From contig OZ316895.1 of NCBI GenBank assembly GCA_973895155.1, forward strand, positions 8,172,184 to 8,236,183: a DNA stretch of 64,000 nucleotides, read 5' to 3'. Position 1 is the first letter of the stretch. Every line of letters begins with the position of its first letter. The notes beneath the pieces were generated by a model. The model saw nothing but the letters and a program-made list of their open reading frames with translations. It had not been told where the DNA came from and searched no databases. Shown in pieces: positions 47,697 through 61,629 of the stretch. The translations under genes were made by a program, and so were the position numbers. Origin of the DNA: Marsupella aquatica (taxonomy: Eukaryota; Plantae; Marchantiophyta).

Positions 47697-50600
47697 GCAC
47701 CGACTCTTTCAGCTGTGGGAGGAGAAAGGTGCTCTTGAACTGTACACGCTGCTTGATGGCACCTGTCCAGCCTCTGTAAATAGACAGACCAGGCTTTCAA
47801 TTGTTCAAGCTTGTAAAGTTATGATGACATTTTGCTCTGAACGGTAGATGGTGCTGAAACGGTCGCGTTATTATGATGTTCGGCTACATTATGCATAGCA
47901 GGGCCTACATCCATCACATCTGTGGTTTTCCATTCTGTAAGGTTTAGAATTTTATATTGATCGAGGTGGTTGGCCTTCTTGTACTATCGGAAAGTGATGT
48001 CGTCGGAAAGACCGACATAACGGTCCAGGACGAATTGACTCAAAGCCTGACTTTAGGAGCGCGTCTTCAAATTATTCTACATTGTTCATTGATTGAGAGA
48101 CCCAGTGATCATTGGTTTGTTAGTGGCGGCTCTCACCTCATCAGTTCAAGAATGCCGGGTGGAACATTGTCAGCATGAAATGAGATTATTTGCTGCATAC
48201 AAAGAGAATCTTACCAGGACAACTACTGTCTAGAGTTCTTCCAGGCTCTCCATCATAGTTGGTGCGTATAGAGGATCTAGATAAATGTTTCAGTGGCGCA
48301 ATCAGGTACTATTGAGCTTCCATTTCAATTCACGAAAACAGTGGCTTTAGATATCTACATGTAGAAGCTTCCATTTAAATTGGGACGAAAGAGCCACTTT
48401 AAGCAACTGGATTGAATTAGTGGTTTGGTTCAAACTATGATGGCATGTTAGTTATTGAAGTGGCAAGGCCTGAAGTGGCAAGGCCTCTTCGACCAAAGTT
48501 GGTCTCATATATTTTCAAGTCCTCAGTCCCCCGGTTATTGAATGAATATCATCGCACTTCATGATCGTTGTTGTCCAATTGCTGTTTAGATTATGCTGGT
48601 AACCAGGTAAATGGAATGACAAAAAGAACGTTAGGGGTGGGTTGCTGGGGCTGCTTCCTTAAATTGAAATTGGCACCTTGTCTACATTTTTGGAGTGGTC
48701 GATGGTTGCTTTAGGGTAATAAAGATCTGTTCTTTGAACTTAGGGAAGTGGACAGGATACATTTGCTGGTCTTCAATGGAGACCAGTCGAGTTGAATCGC
48801 TCGTCTGATTGGAATGTAATTTGTGAACGCTAAGTCTTTCTTGCGAACTGTAAACCACTGAACACTAAAACTTCAGGCAGTCACGAAAGCCGTGGCAGAT
48901 AAGCTTTGATACTGTCCTAGTAATCCTATATATGCAGTAGACCCAGACGCACTGGATGATATGTTTGTATGAAGACTTCACTCATCGGATAGTAAGCCTT
49001 ATTTGCAGCTTTGGATAGTAAGCCTTATTTCCGGCTTTGCTAAAGCGGGAGTGGACCCAAACATTTGTACTGTGGAAGGCCTCACAAAGTATATGATCCC
49101 CAGAAAATTGTTCCTGAGCAGAGATTTGGCTGTGTAGCATTTGTCTTGTTTCCTTTGGGCGGCGCATGCATCTGACGCACTGCTCTCGGGCTGTTGGCTC
49201 TCGGTGCAGTGTGAAGGCAAGCATGATTGTTCTGCAGTCTGGAGCAAGCAGACGCAACGCATGACATGTGTATTATTATCATGAGTGGTGGTGCAATGAG
49301 GACAGACATATATCTGCCAGATCAGAGTGCCTATGGCAGCCGGGCTGTGCGTCCAATACTATCGTCCATGGGAACATGTTACTCATTCAGTACTGAAATA
49401 GTTTTTTTAAGGAACTGTAAACCAATTGTTTCTAATAAGAATCCTCGTTTTGGATCTCATTAGAAAGATACCAAAGCTATCTCCCTAATGCTCCAGATTT
49501 GTTGGCTTGATCTGGAGCATGACTATAGTTACGGGATACCTTTATACGACGCTCCTTGTAAATTTATAGGAGCTGCAAGGGAGCCTCTGAAGAAAGCTTC
49601 TCTGCATATGGTTAACATCTGTACACAAGTAACTTGTATCAGTCCTAGCCTTAAACGTAATGAGTTGCTCGCTGATCTGCATAATTTCCAGAGTCGAGAT
49701 TGTTTGCGACTTAAAGATCATTTGATTGCTCAACTTTGGGTTGCGAATAAACAGTTGAAGAAATAAGTCCGCGGGCTCATGTCTGTTATCACTCTTGGGT
49801 AAAAGGTTAAATGGACTCCCCGTAGTCTTCGGAGCTGTGAAGTGACTTGATACCACAGTGCGGGAAGTGTGTCAAGCTCGTAGATGACTGCAATGTAACA
49901 TGTGTGATAGAACAACGAGTGCTAGGACAGCAAGAGAGTGAACTAACGATAGAACAGTAGCTGTTGATATTCTGTGGTTGCAGATGTGCATTGCGACTCC
50001 CCTTGTGACAGAGCAGCCCATCAAAAGGCCTATTGTGTTTGGGCTTCAGCCAATTGTAAGCTCGCAAGTCAATTAATCTAACCTGTTGTTCCCAACTCCG
50101 AGCCGTTTACAAGCGGTATTGTGTTTGAGCTTCAGCCAATTTGGAATTCACGTAGCAATTCAATTAGGATTCTGCTCTCAACCCCGTGTGATAGAGGAGC
50201 CCACTACAGGCGCCATTGTCTTTGAGCTACCTTCAATCTTACTGCCTATTCCAATTCTGATCAAAAGCAATGAATCTAATTCTTCTAGTTTTGGGGGACA
50301 GAGGTGTCCCATAAGGGCAGCGGTACTAGAGGTGACGAGTAATTATGGAGCAGGAACCTGGAGCCATGTACTGTAAGCAAAAGTACACCATGGGTTGTCC
50401 ATAGGTTGTGAAGGAGTTATTCCTTGGGTCGCTTATGTAGCCACTCCATGCCTCGAGACAAAATGTAGATGGCTGGGTTTTGGCAAACCTTTGACAGGAT
50501 GGTCTGGTTGAGATGAACTCCATAGATGGTGAGGGATCCTCAATTGAATGCCTTGGTGTAGAGACACTTGAAAAGAAAATGAGCGAGAAGCCAGCTTGTT

Positions 50601-50827
50601 GCTGCAAACACTCTAGTTCATGTCTCATGTAGGAGGGTGGTTGATGTTATACATTTTGGGCTTACATTATCACACTCCCAATGTCCCTGTGACCTCATTA
50701 GAAGCCCAATAGGGTTGGGCAAGCTTCGGCCCAAGAAGCACTAGTGGTGTGCTAGAATACTAAAGAAAGGTAGAGAATAGAAGGATAGGGTACTTTTCAA
50801 AGAGTACATCCAAAACCTCTTAATTGA

Positions 50828-51100
50828 TGGGCATCTTGGCATGTACAAGAGTTCCACTCAAACTCAATTGGGCATCTTGGCATGTACAAGAGTTCCCCTC
50901 AAAACTCAATTGGGGGTATCAAACCTCAAAAGTTTATGTACCTCAACTACAGAACCAGGTTAAGGTTATGGACAGAAAAGGACATCCTGGCATGTACAAG
51001 ACTTTCCCCTAAGAACTCAACAGGGGTCTCAAACCTCAAAACTTAATGTACCCTAACTAGGAGGTCAAGGTTATGGAGAGAGAAGTTATGGACTGTAAAA
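50828..51100. repeat. Tandem 41-bp pair within a ~110-bp duplication
   Basis: GGCATGTACAAGA.TT.CCC..A.AACTCAA occurs 3 times; CAAACCTCAAAA.TT.ATGTACC.CAACTA occurs twice. Confidence 0.7.
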
Positions 51101-52619
51101 TGTAATACTTTTTGCTCGACTTTTTGCTGTAAACAATGGTGATGTACCATGGCTCAGGGTCACAAACCTGGTAGTGGTGAGACCCAAAAACTTGACTATG
51201 TATCCCAGGGTAGCGTAGTCTAGAACAAAGATAATAATAGTCCTGCAAAGAGGTAGCCAACCAGTAGAAAATACACAGGAGTCCAACCAAAGAGCTTGCT
51301 GGTCACTGACCTGGTGTGTCAAACTTGTTCCGTGTCTTGAGTACGGATTTTATATTATTTTCCATACTTCCCCTCATTGAAAATCCCTTTATGAGCTGCT
51401 CAAGATAAAAAAAATTCAGTGATACTTATTAAACTAGAAATGTACCTTATTGGTGTTTTGTTACTGTTTGTATATTCTATAGATTTTGATTTTCCTATAG
51501 CCACTTAGTTTGATTCTTTAACACTCAATTTTCCCCTTTCAATTTTACCCCTATCTATATATCCAGTCTATTTTTCTCAGACCAAAGTGGTGGTTGCCTA
51601 GGGTGAGCCTACCCTCTCCCCGCTTGCCTCCAGCCCCTTTCTCAACTCTTAAATGGAAATCATTTGAGTAAGGGAGTCAAAGTTTGTTAGTGTTTCAGAA
51701 ATTCTGGACAAATAAGCACTTCCTATCAGCATTTACTCAGGCCCACTGCTTGCCATGCAGGAAAGCCAGGCACCACACCTGAATGGCTCTCAAACAGCTT
51801 CTTTTTTTGTGGCAGAATTTTGACAAATTCCACCTCACAAAAGCTTCACCCACCTAGTCAAAAAATTGCTCAGGTTTTTTGTCTTGATTAGCCAGTTTTG
51901 TACCTAGCCACGGACCCCATTAGCAAGAATTTGACTATTATAGAGTCATTTAGGAATACTCTTAGCATCTTCTCCTTCATACAAGGCCACACTTGCCACC
52001 CTTGCAAAAACCCAAAAATAAACCTAAAAAGTATCCTAGCCTCCATTTCTTGTGAAGCAAACTCCCATGGTTTCCACTCATTATATATACTGAAGTTTCC
52101 CATAAGATTGGGCATCATTGGCAAGTGGCCTGTGTTCAGTCAAAAACTGAAGGTGAAAACACGGGTTAGTCTTATGGCAGCAGTTTAGTCTTATGGCAGC
52201 ATACACAAGGTGAGACTAGAGGCAAAACTCATTTTTGTTGTTTGGGAGGTCACAAAATGTGTCTCACATTCAGTTTTGCTCAACACAGGGGCTGGGGGCA
52301 CAGGCTGGGTGCCTCATGTTCCTGCTCATGTTGCTGCCATGGCTATGATGGGTGCAACATATATCAATCTCATCCTGAGTTTTTCAAGATTCTCATTTTG
52401 GGGAAGACTTTAAGTTAGGTGGCCTATTGGCCCCAAAAGTAGTTTCATTGGTATTATTTTCCCATAGAGCTTTTGAAGAATTCTATTCTTCAGATTTTAT
52501 CTCACAAGGAATAAAAGAATCTCATTGTGAGATTTCAGGATTCCCAATTTTAAGGGAGACTTTATGGTAACTGACCATTTTATAAATTTTTTAATTTTTT
52601 TAAATCTGGGACCACTTGG

Positions 52620-54410
52620 GGAACTTTATTCAAGAGAGAACAATACGAACATGGAGCCTACCTAAGAGGAGGAGGCAGGAGCAGACAAAAGAAATTAAGG
52701 GGGCTGAAAGGAGGAGCACTTCTAGAGAAAAGAGGAATGAAGGACGATCTCAATCCCGGTCACCAAATTAATGGAGGAGGCAGACCACATGGGAAGGAGG
52801 ATCCCTCAAGAACGGGAACAGAGCAACTTGGGAGAAAACAGATCCCAGGAGACAACCAGAAACAGAACTATGACCGGAGAAACCCGGGGAGAAACCAACC
52901 CAGGCCCAACAGGGAAACAGCCGAGCTCTACTCTCCACAGACCACCATATGCCCAAGTCGCCAACTTTCGCCGGAACCTGTGCACCTCCATATCTATCGC
53001 ATCTCAATCTGCCTCGTTAGACAATCAGTACCCGGAGTTGACCAGGATACTGCTGTCATCTTCATATATTTGATCCCAAACCGTTGCTTCCTAACCCATT
53101 GGGTATGATCCTGGAAATACTATGGTGAAATATTCTGTTCATGCAGAGACGAGGATCAGAGGGGGAATATGTGCCCCATCCAACAAAGAAGATATCTGTT
53201 TAGGTGCTGAAAAGAATCCTGTGACATAAGTCCAGAGAACGAGAAAATACTCCTGAAATGGATCTCAAAGCGGAATTCCAAGTCTGAGCTGGAGAGAGCT
53301 ATCAGAAGTGGCCAAGGAGAGAAATCAGCAATACACAGTTCCACAGGGAGCCAGAGAGGGAGGAAGTTCTCACCAGGGAGGACTACATCAAGGATCAATA
53401 GGGTCCCAATTTATGTATAGCAAACCCGGATCACAATATCTTGAATCGTAGGAACAATATCTGGACGAAGTGCCTCCAAGGGGTAAGTGTCTAGGAACTG
53501 AGTTTCCAAAGAGAAAGAACAATCCCTAGAAGAATGATATTAGTAGCACAAAGGATATTCACTTATATCAAGATCCATAATCCAGCATATTCGTCTCAGA
53601 CAGCCAATCTCCCAGAGATACACCATGTCCAATGGCCAGCCATGAGGAGAGTACGTGGAGAGTGATATACCCGTGAGCAAGCCAAGGAAAGCAGACCAAT
53701 TAATAGTGCTGATTAGGGGAGGCCTCCAAGTAGACCTGAGAAATACTATTCAGAGCAATACTAAACACTACTTGCTAAATTGGTAAGATGGATCAGAAGC
53801 TAATAATTGAGATCGACATGGCCATAGCTTACTATACTACAATGCTGAATACAATTTATGTCATTATGGATAAAAGACTAGAATGTATAACTTACGTAGA
53901 ATGGTAGATACATAGTAGATACATATAAATGGTGAATACAAAATATCCCCAGGATGAATAGGGGAGAGGAAAATCCAGAGCACGAGACCATAGTGTCTCG
54001 CAAAGAGAGAATCAGTAGCACTTCCACCAGCATTTGATGGTTGCAAAAGAGAAGAGAACAAAAATGCCAGAGCAGAGATTGGCCTGTCGCTCAGAGCCAA
54101 AGAGTACTGGCTAAATCAGACTGCTACATGAATTCTCTCAGATAGGCAACAATAGTGTGTACTAGCAACTCATCACATTGATACCAGAGGTCGACTATAC
54201 TAGGGGATCAAATGGCCATCGAGAGATAGTCAAAAGCTCAGAAGTGCCAGTAGGCCAAATAACCAAACATCTATAAAGATCACGGATCCGAGGAGGCTAT
54301 CCGGTGAACCGATGGACAATAGAAGGAAAGTAGATGTTGGGAAGGAGGACAATACAGGGAAAAGAGACTTTGTGATATTTACACGACACAATGAGGATGA
54401 GGTCTAATAA
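52620..54410 (+). other. Purine-rich, decayed coding-like stretch; possibly a LINE ORF1 remnant
   Basis: Strong A/G strand bias and short broken frames. No diagnostic motif could be read with confidence. Confidence 0.25.
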
Positions 54411-55002
54411 GAGAGAGCCGATTAGGTGTCAATGCGGGACTTGGTGAACAGTTATATTGGCAATGAATTCTTCTGCATAGTATAGTCTACACTTCTTCTT
54501 TTTTGAGTCCGAGCTATGTGTCACCGCGTGGAGGTGCAAGATGACAAAAGATGTTGTTGCAAAAAAAGAGAACAGAACATGTTGGCTCTGAAACATAAGG
54601 ATGTTATGATTTTTCTAGATTAGCCACACAGTTTCATAGACAACAAAGAGAGGAGCAGATGTTATGGGTGAACAACCAAGGGATTGGTCTAGAATACTAA
54701 TGAATGAAAGTCCACCAAGTATATATTATATTGTTGGTTGTCTCTCATAGTACCAAACCGTCCGGTTCCAAGCCATTATTGCATGCGTACATTCAAAGAA
54801 GATGTGTCGATTGTCTTCCAAGCATGACCTGCAGAAGTTGCACCTTCCATCACCATGGCCACACTGGAGTGCTTGCTTCCCAATGAAAAACCTGCAGCAA
54901 TGACTCACCAGAGAATTTTTTGACCCCGATGAGATAAGTCAAAGTGCCATATATAATCTTCACCACCGCCTCTGACAAATCTCCTCTGGGTCAGAAGTAC
55001 CC

Positions 55003-55310
55003 CATCTCGTGCTCGGGGGGTTGACTATCAAAAATCTTAGGAACCACGTGCGATCCAAAATATGTATTTTTGATAGTTATTAACTGAATTTTTTAAAAGC
55101 ATAAAAGGCAAAAAATAGGTATTATAAACTCATGTTTATAAAATATTCTCTAATATATACCTTTTATAAAATAAAATAGGTTATTAATATAGAAAATGGA
55201 GAATATTTGTAGAATATGTTTTTATAAAATAGGTCTATTTATATTAGGCTAGGATCACACGTGGCACCCCAAAATATACACTTAGTTAACCCCCCGAGAA
55301 TACGGGGGTG
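55003..55310. mobile_element. MITE-like element with ~50-bp imperfect terminal inverted repeats
   Basis: Left end CTCGGGGGGTTGACTA...CCACGTGCGATCC; right end GGATCACACGTGG...TAGTTAACCCCCCGAG; very AT-rich interior. Exact ends and TSD unresolved. Confidence 0.7.
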
Positions 55311-58077
55311 ATAATTATTTTTGAGGCCCTTCCAATACCAATGGGATGCAACAATTAAAGACTAGGGAAAGAGTAGGAGGTGGTCCACACTGTAATATCT
55401 GAATTATGTTAGTTAATAGCCCCCCCCGTGTGATTTCTCCTACTCCACGTGAACAAGCTAGCTTATTTGTGAATTCAACCCAAGCCCCTAATTGCCAATC
55501 CCAAAGGCCATGGGCAGAGCAAATGTTAATTCGCGAACAGGCAGCAAAGACACCCAAATAGTCATGTATTGGAATCCTTGGGATCTGAAGAGTAAGTATA
55601 GCAACTAAGCTATGTTCCATCTTGCACGAATAGCAAGAGGACCAGAGTTCCATTGCAAGTGTCGCTGGATCTGGAGCCAAGCATGCCATACTCCCGTAGT
55701 GTAAGTCATGCCACAAAAACTAGAAGGGGAAGAGAGAAGAAACTGATCCATAGATGTATATCCCGAATGCAGGAGATGAACAGAGTTTTTCCAGGCAGCC
55801 AGACTGAGGTTTGCTGAGAATAGAATTGCCCATTCAGAGTCAGGGTCAGTAATCATACAAGACGTCCATGGGACCAGAAAGGCAAATGTCTGATTGGGTT
55901 TGTTGACCTTGAACCAAAGGCCACCATTTTGCTTGAGTCCACATATTTGCTCCCAATATACTAGGAGTGTTTTCCTGCCACTGTCCTTGTTGAAGCCCCA
56001 TAACAATTTCTTACACCTTTTTTGGATCAAATTTGTTAGACAATCGGCAAAACTAGTGTACATCATATGGAATATAGTCATCAATAGCAAGACTTGTTTA
56101 ACTAGTATAACGAGTCCCGTAGGAGAACCTTTTATTAGACCAACTAACAAGTCTGTTTTGTAGCTTTTTCATACAGAAGTCCTGGATTTGGAACTTGGAC
56201 CCCGGCTTGGACAAATGATGTCCCAACGGACCACCAAGATAACTTGATATGTGGCCCTTAGATATGATAACACAACTAGTATTTATCAGCCAAAAAATAT
56301 TATTAAAAAAAAAGTATTTATCAGCCACTGCGCAACAACATCCATGCAATATGTTAGTGCCTCAGTTTTTTTATAGATTTAGACGTGCTCCCGCAGCAAG
56401 TTTATAGAGCTTTATCTTTTCTTGTATTCACAAAAGGTAGGGTACCCTAGCGGAGACCAAGATCATCAGCAAATAGCCGATAGAAAAGAGTGAGATCATT
56501 GTTAATTTTAATTCTGTGCACCTCCCCGGCTAGTAGTGTTGCATCAAAGCTATCCATTAGGGGTTGTGTGGATAGAGAGTAAATCAGTGGAGCAATAGGG
56601 CATCCTTGACAAACTCCCCGCATTAGAAGGATGGGCTTGGTGAACTGTCCATTAACGTGGATCTTAGCAGAAGCATGAGACATTATACCAAAAAACATTA
56701 TCACTCCTTTTATAGTATTTATAATTCAAAGTTTGTCTTCCCTTAATACTTCAAATTAAAAACTAGAAAAATTTCCCATGATGTTTCTAGTAAGCATGAC
56801 ACTTAGTTCCGAAGCTGCCAATGTCTCCCTAATATATTGATGATCTACACGGTCAAATGCCTTAGAGAAGTCCATTGTAAGAAATAGGGCAGGAACATTG
56901 TTAGTTATTAAGCAATCACTTGCTAACCACGTCATTGAGATATAATTGTCCAGGATCTGTCTCCCTGACACAAATCCAGTTTGTTGAATATTAGCCATTT
57001 TTGGAAGGCTCCTACATAGCCAAATGGCAATCAGTTTAGCAACTATTTTGTATGCTATATTAAGTAGGGTAATAGGCCTCCAATTTGTAAGCCAAGATTT
57101 ATCCAATGATTTAGGTACTAGTTTATCACTCCATCCAGGAAGCCTGGGAGCATGATCTTGTCCAACCAAATGAAGGAAAGCATAGCAAGGAATAATGGGG
57201 CAATAAAATCCCAGCAGCCCAAGAACACTTCAATTGTTAAACCGTCTATTCCTGGTGCTTTATTCTTTTGAATCTAATTTGCAGCAAATAGTAGTTTTTT
57301 TATGATCAAAATAGTATCCATTTGCTAAAATTTGGCAGGGAAGATACAAGAGTATGAAAACCAAAGAATATCCCTCCTAGCCTTCTTATTCAAATCTGAT
57401 TCAGGAGCATCTGGAGAGTAGAGAAAACGGTAGAAGTTGCCTACCTCAATTAGAATCCTATCGTTATCAATTGTGATTGAGTCATTCGCTAATCAAAAGA
57501 TTGGAAATTGATGCACGTTGTTGCTAGATCCTAACTATATTAAAAAAATTAGTGGAGGTGTCACCAACACCTAGCTATCTTATCCTTGATTTCTTACGCA
57601 TTTCATAGCCTCAGAGAATTCAATGTCATGTAATATGGTTTCTACCTCACGTAAATCAGACAGAGAGATTTCTGAGCTATTTGAGTCTGTAAGTGTGCGC
57701 ATTAAAAGAACTTTTGCTCTTAGTGCTTTGATATTGATTTGTTTGCTACTTTTTCTATGTTGCAGAAGTGTTTACAAGCTAAGAAAAGGCTTGCCGTGGA
57801 TAGTCTACATCAGATGGGATTTTTGACCAGTCTTTCTCCAATGTGATTAAGTTAGCTTCATTCCATATCACCCATGTGTGAGCTTTGAAATAAGAGAACC
57901 AAATTATCAAGTCACTGCCATGCGTTGTGGAGCTGATTATACTTGATAGAGTGTTACTGGACAATATAGGATCAGATAAAGGCTGGTCATGATGATGAGA
58001 GAGGGATACTATTTGGTCCATCCATGCGCCTTTGTTACTTAGATAAAATCTATCCAAACAAGATTGTACTACTTCTA

Positions 58078-59623
58078 CCCTAGGCCCTCACTTCGTGTAT
58101 ATTAACAAAACCCACATGTGAACGACCCCCTCTCCAAAACCCTTCAGTTACTATTTTTTGTCCTTTTAAAAACCTCTTGTTAATATTAATAAATTAATTT
58201 TGGGCCATTAATGAAGCCCTTTGGGCTATTAGAATCATCACCGAAAGATCATTAAATATGCCCTTCACGTATTATAAAAAAATATTTGTCAAATAGATTC
58301 TAAATCAAAAAAATTAAAATATATATTTATCATTCTAAGAACAATAAGAATAACCTATACTTTATATATGTACATTTCCTGGCAAGAAGAATAGAGAGCC
58401 ACATAAGAGTCAATAAACTTATGCAAGTAAAGATTATAGTTGGAACACTATCATCTTTGAAGATTGTAGGTCCGGAACACAGTGTACTTAGTCCCATAGT
58501 TCACTAAACATATCATCCTTCACAGGAAAGTTATCTTATAAATCTAAAGCTCTCAAATACCTACTATATTCAAATCACTTTCCACTAAAAATGATCATTT
58601 CCACCGAAGCATCTAAGTAACTTCAGTCTAAAACACTCTCTCTATCATTTTTGTTATCCATTATGATATCTTAGAATCTTCATTGAAAGCAACACGCTTA
58701 AACACCTTTGTCGACTTGACCTCCTCTTCCTTTAGGGCCAGGCATGACCATACACAGTCTCAGAATCTTAGTTGATTCTCTAGAAAATATCATAATCATG
58801 CAACTGGTCAAAATGGCTTTCAGCCTAAACAACAAAAAACCACATACTCATCAATATTTCTATCATGGAATGACTCACGATTTACATAGAAAGCAAACTG
58901 AACACTAGATGATATTCAAAACTAGATACTGAATCTACACACAATTTTGTGCAATAAAACAACAAATAAATTTGAAAATATACTTACCAAATATTGCATT
59001 GTGCTTACACAATCATCAATCTTTCTCTTTACAAAGTTTTCCAATGTAATTTCATCATCTAGATGCAATTTGAATACTTTTGAATGTAAAGGATTGCCTT
59101 CAAGGGTGACTGTTGATATAACACAATCTAAGTCAATCCATTGAGGATCACACACAGAGTACATATATTTCTCCTTGTTAATTATTACCAATGGAGTAAA
59201 CCAATTAACGAACACTTGGCATGCAACTTCTGGACCAGGCCTATCAAGCAAGTTCACTAGTTTTTGTGATCTCCCACTCGACCTCCCACTTGTGTTTCCC
59301 TATTTTTTTTGAATAGTTTGGGCTCTTCCTATCCACCAAACATATTTGGGGCTATTGGTTTAGCTCCCCCTAAACCCTAAACTATGTCTAGACATGTGTA
59401 CCAATCTAGTGTGACGTGTGGCAAGCCCATATTATGTATCTTTGCAAAATGTGACTTGGGATAGTTTTTAATAACCCTACATTCATTATAATCAAACACA
59501 TCATTAAATAAGGGCTTGTTAGGTTATAAGCAATTATAACAATTAGTCAGAAATGGGATGAAAAAACCCCTTGAGATGTTTGCACAAAGGATCCCGTATA
59601 TTAGTTAAGCTAAAGGCCCAAGG
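58078..59623. mobile_element. 1546-bp TA-flanked DNA element inserted in the LINE endonuclease
   Basis: TA on both sides (58076-77, 59624-25). TIR CCCTAGGCCCTCA vs CCTTGGGCCTTTA (4 transitions). Removing it restores the in-frame LINE peptide FTWRCNTQIGVEVVQSCLDRFYLS. Confidence 0.8.
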
Positions 59624-60443
59624 TACTCCTATTTGTGTGTTACATCTCCATGTGAAGCGGGGTCCAAAGATATTATGTACTAGTTTATATACATCATGTA
59701 AGTCAAAGCGGCTTTTTAGATTACACCAGGCTGTTAGTTCTTGTCCAGATAGCAAGGATGAATGGCTAGCAACCGAATCAAATTTTTTTGTGTCATATTA
59801 AAGTCACCCACAAATATCCAATTACCACCAAGCAAGGATACAGACAGGTACTCCCAAAGTCTTGTGCGGACAGAAGAATCCTTGGATGCATATAAGCCTA
59901 CTATATCAAAACTACCATATACATTGTGTACATGCGCCCATATGACATGATTGCTTATGGGTGATATAGCTGAGTTCATAATCTGTATTGAGGGATGAAT
60001 AAGCATTGCCGCTCCATCTTTGCAGTCTATAGGGCTGGTGAGCGATTAGCATTTTGTAATCGGGGAGAATGAAAGAGAGAGCTGAAATAAGACGAATTTC
60101 ATTTGCCTTTATCTCAAGCAGGGAGAGTAAGTGCAAGGAGGTTTGTGAAATCATGAATCCATTGTCTTATTATGCATTTTTGGTTACGGTCGCACATGCC
60201 AGATACATTCTAATTGCTATGTTAAGAAGGTTATCCATTAATCAGCCCTATGTATATTGTCAATTGGATCAAAAAATTTCTAGTCTACTTCCTCCATTTT
60301 AGATGGGGTACCAAAAATTGTCTCATATTCTGAACTCAATGAGTTGCTTCCTTGACCTGACTCTTCTTCCACAGACATAGATTTCTTGGCATATATTTTA
60401 CATGTACCTACTTTTTTTATCATAAAATAAATTAATTACATAT

Positions 60444-60456
60444 CACTACAAGAAAA
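60444..60456 (+). mobile_element. En/Spm (CACTA)-type terminal motif
   Basis: CACTACAAGAAAA is the canonical 13-bp En/Spm TIR. The partner end is uncertain. Confidence 0.45.
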
Positions 60457-60484
60457 AAAAAGAGTCATGTTCCAGGATGAACAT

Positions 60485-60828
60485 TGTTAGGATTTACTCT
60501 TAGGTCTAGAGTTACGACTGTACCATAGTTAAGGCTAACTTTAGTTGTTGACTTGGTTAGGTTAGTCATGCTGTGCACACTCTATAACCAAGCGGTGTTT
60601 GCTTGGAGAGGTGGAACTTAGGCTCATTGTTACGGAGCTAGTTGAGAGATAGAGAGAGTTTGCGCTGTGGATGCTTGGTATAGCCGATCGGCCTAGAGTG
60701 CAGTAAAGCTCTTGTGTGTTCCCGTGGACGTAGCCTCATGTGGAGGTGAATCATGTATCTCTCTGTGTCGCTCTTGTGCGTTGGATGGTTCATGGGCTTG
60801 CCGTTGCGATTGTCGTCTATGCTTAACA
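60485..60828 (+). mobile_element. Solo LTR (344 bp) of the copia subfamily seen at 16578
   Basis: TGTTAGG...GCTTAACA; reverse complement of the family core (GGTTCACCTCCACATGAGGCTACGTCCACGGGAACACACAAGAGC). Flanks AACAT and ATAAC do not match. Confidence 0.85.
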
Positions 60829-61629
60829 ATAACCGGTCTATAACCATTACAAAGGTCCTTGCTATTTCTATAATCTATTGCCCTGAAGCTCATGATGGGT
60901 ATCTTTTTTCTGTATTGCATTTATGTAATATAAAGAGAGTCCTGGCAGGGGTTTTTGTTTGAATCCTGCTCCCATAATGCTCAGGGGGAATGTATATAGC
61001 AATTATTTATTAGGGGCAATAGATTATAACTATAGAATGCTCAAGGGCAATGTGTTAATAGTATACCCTAATAGTATATAAGTTATTTCCCCTAATAATT
61101 ATAGCTAGAGGATAATAACGGTCTGAGCAAGATATAATCTATGGCCTAGTAACCCCTTGCCCAGACCGTCAGTACCCTCTATGTATTTCCAAGATGCCTG
61201 TGCACTATAATAGGACGTGTCAAAACTTTCTTCTGGATGATTGCTTTTGGCCATAGGTTTTTCATAGGAGCATGCAAATTGTTTTTTGCCAGTACCCTCT
61301 AGAGTGACTTGTGGTCATGGCATGTACCAATCTTTATGGCATAAAGTTATGGACCATGAATCTGGTAGTTCAAAGTTTTTTCTGTGGATAACCTTGTTAA
61401 CCTCCATCAAATTTTGAAATTTGAGACCCCCTCATATTATGCCATTCCTCAGGTTGCAATGTCATTGTCCATTTGCCATATCACCAACCATAGCACTACT
61501 GTTCCTCTTTTGGGGCAAATAGTGGCTATGGCAACAGTATATGTGGTCATGGCATATACCAATCTTTATGGCAGAAAATGATGTGTCTACAGTCAAATTG
61601 GTAGTTCATAGCTTTTTCTGTGAAGGTTG

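Larger units (their letters stand above)
54493..60238 (-). mobile_element. Decayed L1-type LINE ORF2 (APE endonuclease, RT, C-terminal zinc finger), interrupted by two insertions
   Basis: APE motifs: MDNLLNIA..NVSG start, WIFVGDFNM, RFTWR, CLDRFYLS. RT motifs: NWRPITLLNIAYKI, DFSKAFDRV, RGVCQGCPIAP, LFADD. Zinc finger CNFCRSCLEDNRHIFFEC. Short A-rich tail near 54493-54504. Confidence 0.88.

Noticed and set aside
49170-49355. Imperfect inverted repeat as a possible miRNA or snoRNA precursor
   Set aside because: Pairing is short and gapped, and no conserved plant miRNA or box C/D pair could be matched.
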